Shown here: piece by piece, positions 58,989-64,000 of the stretch
Numbering within the stretch: position 1 is the first letter of the stretch
Layout: each line of letters begins with the position of its first letter
Assembly: GCA_002269645.1 (NCBI GenBank)
Contig: NIVC01000895.1
Location: 1 to 64,000, forward strand
Direction of reading: 5' to 3'
Length of the DNA: 64,000 bases
Source: Macrostomum lignano
Lineage: Eukaryota
Position numbers and translations under genes: made by a program
The notes under the pieces: model-generated
What the model saw: only the letters and a program-made list of their open reading frames with translations
What the model was told of the DNA's origin: nothing
Database searches by the model: none

Positions 58989-61900
58989 TCATTCTAGTTG
59001 GCTAAGTCTAGCGTAGAGAGCCTCATAGAATCGCCTCTGTTCGGCTTTAGACACCCTGGCAAGGCTGCTGCGCTCCTTGGGTAATCTTCCAAGTCGTTTG
59101 CCCAAGCCCATCAGCGCCTGCGCACCATTACTAATAACCGGAATACGATCAACGATGCCTTCCCAAAGAAGGCCGCGAGCACAGATGACGTCGCAATGAT
59201 CCCAGTGCTTGGTGACAGATTGTGCTACTGAAGCCATTGACTCGGTATACCAAATGCCTCGTTGATTTTTTTCCGAATCGTGCTCGCCATTGTTGGTGGA
59301 AGATTTAGCTAAAATAGTAAAAAGTTTTCTTCTAAGTTATATTGACCTAAATATTATAAATTCAATTAGATAGCCAGCTAACGTAGAGAGCCTTAAATTA
59401 GCGGAGCTAAGCATAGTATAAATCGTGCTATTTAAACTAAACAGATGCCTCTTGAACAAAAATCGAGAAAACTTTTTTATCAAGCCTACGTAGAGAGCCT
59501 CAAATCAGCTGAGCAATTTAAACGTAGAGAGCCTTAAGTTAAGTTAAAACGTAGAATTAATCAAACTTTTAATATTCCAGGCAGTCTTGTAAATTTAAAA
59601 GCTGTGAAACAAAGCACTATAAATTCAAGTAACCTAGCAAATTTACCCCGTAGAGAGCCTCAAAATATAGGTTCAGTAAACTTAGTAGTAATAAGAACAA
59701 CTGATTCTGGGGGAGCCTTGCCAAATGAAAGGTAAAGAACCACAATCAGCAAAACAGTCTAAAAATTAATTGAGACTCAAACGTAGACAGCCTCAAAAAT
59801 CGATGGGTAAACTTAGTAATATTAGTTTTCTGGCAAAAGATAAGATCCTCAAACTCCTTCCAACCTAGAATCTAGACAAATAACGTGAAAACTAAAACGT
59901 ACCGGACTTGTCAGCAGCGTTCGCGGCGGATTCTTCCGGCACGGACAGACAAACCATTGTCCTAGGCAGAGGGCCAGAAGGCGACATTTGACTCGCTAGC
60001 GGCACTAAACCGTCGCTAATTTGCCAGTCACGTGACCAGGACCAGCCGGGGGCATGGCGGAAAATTTGCGATTCCGCATATACAGGTAAGGCCCGGCCAT
60101 GAAGGTCTTCACCTGCGATTGGGGCGTGGAATAGTGGGCTGGTTGTACAGTCACGACAATGACATTTGGACTGAATAATAGTGTGAGGAGGGTAAACGAC
60201 AGGGGATGCGGATAAATGACATGGGGTTAGGAGGGTAAATTACAGGGGTCTGGGGGTAAATGACGGATGAGAAGGGCTTGTCGGGGTCTCATGTTAAGTA
60301 AGAAGGCTGCACACGAACCAACAACAAATATCCCTATAAGTAGTCACCTGTGTATACGTAGAGCAAGACGCAGTATAGCTCAGATAATAAGTATTCGGAA
60401 AATCAGGCACCAGAGCGTTGAACTTTTCGCACGATTGCAACGTTAAATCGTAGGCTAGATTGTCTTCTCCTAGTAGGAAACCGCTTTCCGACATGCGCTG
60501 TCGTAACCGATTGAAATCGGAAAAATCGTCCTGTGGATAGTGTGTCGGTTCAAGAGAACTGGCTTCGACTAACGGTAATTGTAAACAGATTCTACACTAA
60601 GTGGAAGCACGACTCCAGGAGTGATACAATAAGACAAAGAAGAACATAAGACACAGTGACAGAAGTGAGTGACCAAATAACCGAGTTAAACAAGGACACA
60701 ACAATACCGGATTAAGACAGGTAAGGGAAGAATGATAGCTCATGTCTAGAGCATTAAAATAGCAGACTCACTTGGCTAATATTAAAGTGCTCCAATTTCC
60801 ATAACAACATGCGCCGTCTCTCATTAACGGGAAATCCAAACGCCGCGCCAAGAGTATCAACCATGCTAATTAAAGGTACAATATTGGACAGTCCAAATAG
60901 GCCGGTTTCAACATTGCAACCGGCTAAATAAGACGCCGTTGAACCGTTCATTGGCGCCATAATGCAGGTGACTGATTTCACCCACGATGCATTCGTACCC
61001 CGATCCCAGAAGTCCAATTGGAGCAGGTGCTGCAGTTGGCGAATTGTATTACCGCCAGCCGAGTGACCCACAAAGTGCAACGGTCGGTCCTCGCTCCACC
61101 AGGGATATAGCGGCTTGTCGGAGAAGTCGCGACCGTATCTGTACCAGTTGTGCGAAAGACAAGAGGTTTCTTTTATCTGTCTATTTGATACTGCGTATGC
61201 TTTGCTTTTCCTAAGGGGTGAACAACTGTATGCAAAATCTACAGCATTTTTCCCGTCGATCGCGGAGTGTCCTGGATGTCCGTCTGTCTTCTATCTGTCT
61301 GCCTGTCTGTATGTGGTGTGATGTTTGCGTGTGAGGATGGGCCTTTGCACTTGTTTGTTATTCCTTTAGTTGGTCACGTGCTTTTTGTATGTGTGGCTGT
61401 GTACGTTTTAACCTCTGCCCCTCAGGGGCGAGTCATTTGTATTCTAATTCGTAATTCTATAGTCGGCATTTTATAAATTGAATGCCATTGATCATTAATG
61501 CCAAATATGCTTCGTTTATTTTGTCCTATATTCTCGGCTATTACATTGGTGGCAGCGGTGGAATTCAAACCCACGCCATTTCGGACAGTGTCTGTATCTG
61601 TAACTTTAGTTTCTTTTCTTTTGTAACTTTAATTCTGTCCCCGTTAGCTCTATAAAGTGCCGCGTGCAGTCCTACATTCAGCCAGTCAGTGCAAAGTTGC
61701 TTACTTAGACTGAGTTCTCAGTCAACAAGCACCATAAGCCACCCGCTCACCTATCGTGCCGGTGAGTCAAACTGTGCTGCTCTCCATAATCAACCCGACA
61801 GCCGACAATCTGGGCGAACAATTCACAAGCTCGATCGTGATAAGAACTAATTGGACCAACCGATGCTTCCAATACTAGCAGGCCGTGAAAATTTGTGTCC

Positions 61901-62985
61901 CGATCAATCGCAGTCTCCCAATAGTGCACTCGACCTTTCGGTGTGAGCATCTCGTCGGGCCCAAAGCCAAATAGACCGTGAACTAGCACCACAGGCGGCT
62001 GAGTGCAGTCACGAAGCTGCTCAAGCGTCGGACGCACCGGGACAATGTCAGTGAGCGGCTGTGGCTCTGCACCCCCTCTGGACTGCGACGATGAATCGCC
62101 AAACAGAGGATCGGCTTTGTGACGAATCTCTGAGAAACTAGACAAACTATAGCTAACCGCTGCCCAAAGATGCGCACCTGAACGCTTTCTATAAGACTCG
62201 GACGATTGGTTTGAGCTAGGAGCTCGATTTGGATCAGGGTTTGAATCTTGAGTAAAACCCAGGTTCGAATTTTGTGTCATGCCTGGGTTCGAATCTTGCA
62301 TCAAGCCTGGGTCTTGCATCGTGCCCGGGTTCGAATCTTGCATCAAGCCTGGGTCTTGCATCATGCCTGGGTTCGAATCTTGCATCATGTCTGGGTTCGA
62401 ATCTTGCATCATGTCTGGGTTCGAATCTTGCATCAAGCCTGGGTTCGAATCTTGCATCAAGCCTGGGTCTTGCATCGTGCCCGGGTTTGAATCTTGCATC
62501 AAGCCTGGGTTCGAATCTTGCATCAAGCCTGGGTTCGAATTTTGTGTCATGCCTGGGTTCGAATCTTGCATCATGCCTGGGTTCGAATCTTGTGTCATGC
62601 CTGGGTTCGAATCTTGCATCATGCCTGGGTTCGAATCTTGCATCAAGCCTGGGTTCGAATCTTGCATCAAGCCTGGGTTCGAATCTTGCATCATGCCTGG
62701 GTTCGAATCTTGCATCATGTCTGGGTTTGAATCTTGCATCATGTCTGGGTTCGAATCTTGTGTCATGTCTGAGTTCGAATCTTGTATTAAGTCCGGCTTC
62801 GATTCCCTATTTGAACTAATCTGCGGAGGCGGCGGTCTTGGAGGAGGCTGTCGGACAATTTGCGCCGATGATGAAGAATTAATTAATGGCGCTGGTGCGG
62901 CCGTAACGATGCTATTTTGATTTATATCTGATGTTTCAGTTTCCGTTTGCAAGATTATTTCTGATTCTTCCGTCTCTGCTGACAT
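58989..62985 (-). CDS. Lipase of the Geobacillus/Staphylococcus (family I.5/I.6) type with a repetitive N-terminal extension; exons 62985-61751, 61138-60772, 60530-60348, 60170-59903, 59308-58989
   Basis: VVLVHGLFGFG, SVGPISSYHDRACELFAQ, VDYGEQHSLTHRH, HFVGHSAGG (Ser), VTCIMAPMNGST, AYDLT...PNTYYLSY, WQISDGLVP (Asp), RGIW, WDHCDV (His) and FYEALYARL. All four introns are GT..AG with consistent phases 2, 0, 0 and 1. Confidence 0.88.
61550..61590 (-). pseudogene. tRNA-Leu 3'-half remnant in lipase intron 1
   Basis: The reverse strand reads GGCGTGGGTTTGAATTCCACCGCTGCCA, versus eukaryotic tRNA-Leu GGCGTGGGTTCGAATCCCACCGCTGCCA. No D-arm or anticodon half is visible. Confidence 0.6.
62235..62810 (-). 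repeat. In-frame 24/18-bp repeat encoding (QDSNPGxM)n in the lipase N-terminus
   Basis: All unit lengths are multiples of 3 and the frame stays open into the lipase core. Confidence 0.85.
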
Positions 62986-63165
62986 GTCTTTATTGTTTTT
63001 TACATACGACGTAAATACTGCGTTAATTGTGCATTAATTAGTAGTTGACAATGATGCTCTCAAGGCGAATCTGAAAGTCAATAAATTGAACTAAAATCAA
63101 TAATGGGATGTCTCTCCTTAAGGTAGGGCTATTTTAAATTAGCTATATTTTTCATTGACATAGAC

Positions 63166-63787
63166 TATCGCTTTTGACTCTCTAGATAAGACTTTAGACA
63201 TTCAAAATAAGACTGCATAGGATCGCAAGCAAGGCCAGGCTAGCCACGGCCAGAGCATGCCCAGTCTTGGCTGCAGGAATGGCTTGGCCATAGACTAAAA
63301 AATGGAATATCAAAATGAGAATAAGACGCTCAATATGAGACCGGGAGTGAACGTAATTTATTTGCTTTTTGGCAGTCACCATACAAACAGCTAAGGAGAA
63401 ATTAGGCAATAAACAAGAAGCAGAATTTGAGCGGCAGCTAGGATGGTTGATCCATTGTTTACTGCGTCGATCAGACGTTGACGGTCTGCTGCAGGAATCG
63501 ATGGTGCCATCACAGTGAAATCCAAGGGGTCAGATGCAACCCAAGGGGTGAAGAAGGAGAGCTGGCTGAAGGTCAGAGGGTTAGAGCGATATCTGAAGGC
63601 TTTCACACTCAGTCTCATATTGAGCGTCTTATTCTCATTTTGATATTCCATTTTTTAGTCTATGGCCAAGCCATTCCTGCAGCCAAGACTGGGCATGCTC
63701 TGGCCGTGGCTAGCCTGGCCTTGCTTGCGATCCTATGCAGTCTTATTTTGAATGTCTAAAGTCTTGTCTAGAGCGTCAAAAGCGATA
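63166..63787. mobile_element. Internally deleted TIR transposon (IS630-Tc1-mariner-like) with arms of about 175-185 bp
   Basis: Near-perfect inverted repeats 63166-63341 and 63612-63787, with TA at both outer ends. The spacer encodes an HTH-like start MAPSIPAADRQRLIDAVNNGSTILAAAQIL on the - strand (63510-63421). Confidence 0.75.
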
Positions 63788-64000
63788 CTAATAATTACTT
63801 ATACTATAGTCACGTAACAAAAAACAACAAAAGAAATATTGGTAATGCATATTAATTTGGCAGTTTGTATTTGTTTCAATTTCTTACCGGTATAAAATAG
63901 CAAGTAATTAATAGTAGAAATGCTTTTAAATAAAATGAAAAGTAGCATAATAACAAGTAAACCTATAATTCAACAAGATTGTAATTTTTACGAAGGCTTA

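Overview
This is eukaryotic (metazoan) genomic DNA with spliceosomal introns, densely packed genes and many different minisatellite arrays. The gene set, repeat load and splice acceptors just upstream of start codons suggest a trans-splicing invertebrate such as the flatworm Macrostomum; this is my inference and is not proven by the sequence. From 2.2 to 38.8 kb ten genes lie on the + strand: NXT1, GLRX5, C5orf22, SCLY, RPF2, TIMM29, C9orf85, an SDR, an ankyrin plus cGAS/Mab-21-like nucleotidyltransferase, and a GT32 glycosyltransferase. From 63 to 45.8 kb five genes lie on the - strand: a five-exon lipase of the bacterial Geobacillus/Staphylococcus type, nucleolin and three flavin reductase/BLVRB-like paralogues. 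A PAN plus C-type lectin gene and a frameshifted C-type lectin plus PAN pseudogene sit between the two blocks. The highlights are: candidate operons; a C5orf22 gene with no genomic initiator ATG whose frame fits a spliced-leader-donated AUG; an ANK-cGLR with intact catalytic motifs; an intron-containing bacterial-type lipase; a 12-mer clustered across the lipase's last exon; satellites housed inside TIR elements; and a mosaic paralogue. All exon boundaries and homologies were worked out by eye and from remembered family motifs, with no database searches. Most long ORFs in the ORF track are artefacts of tandem repeats.
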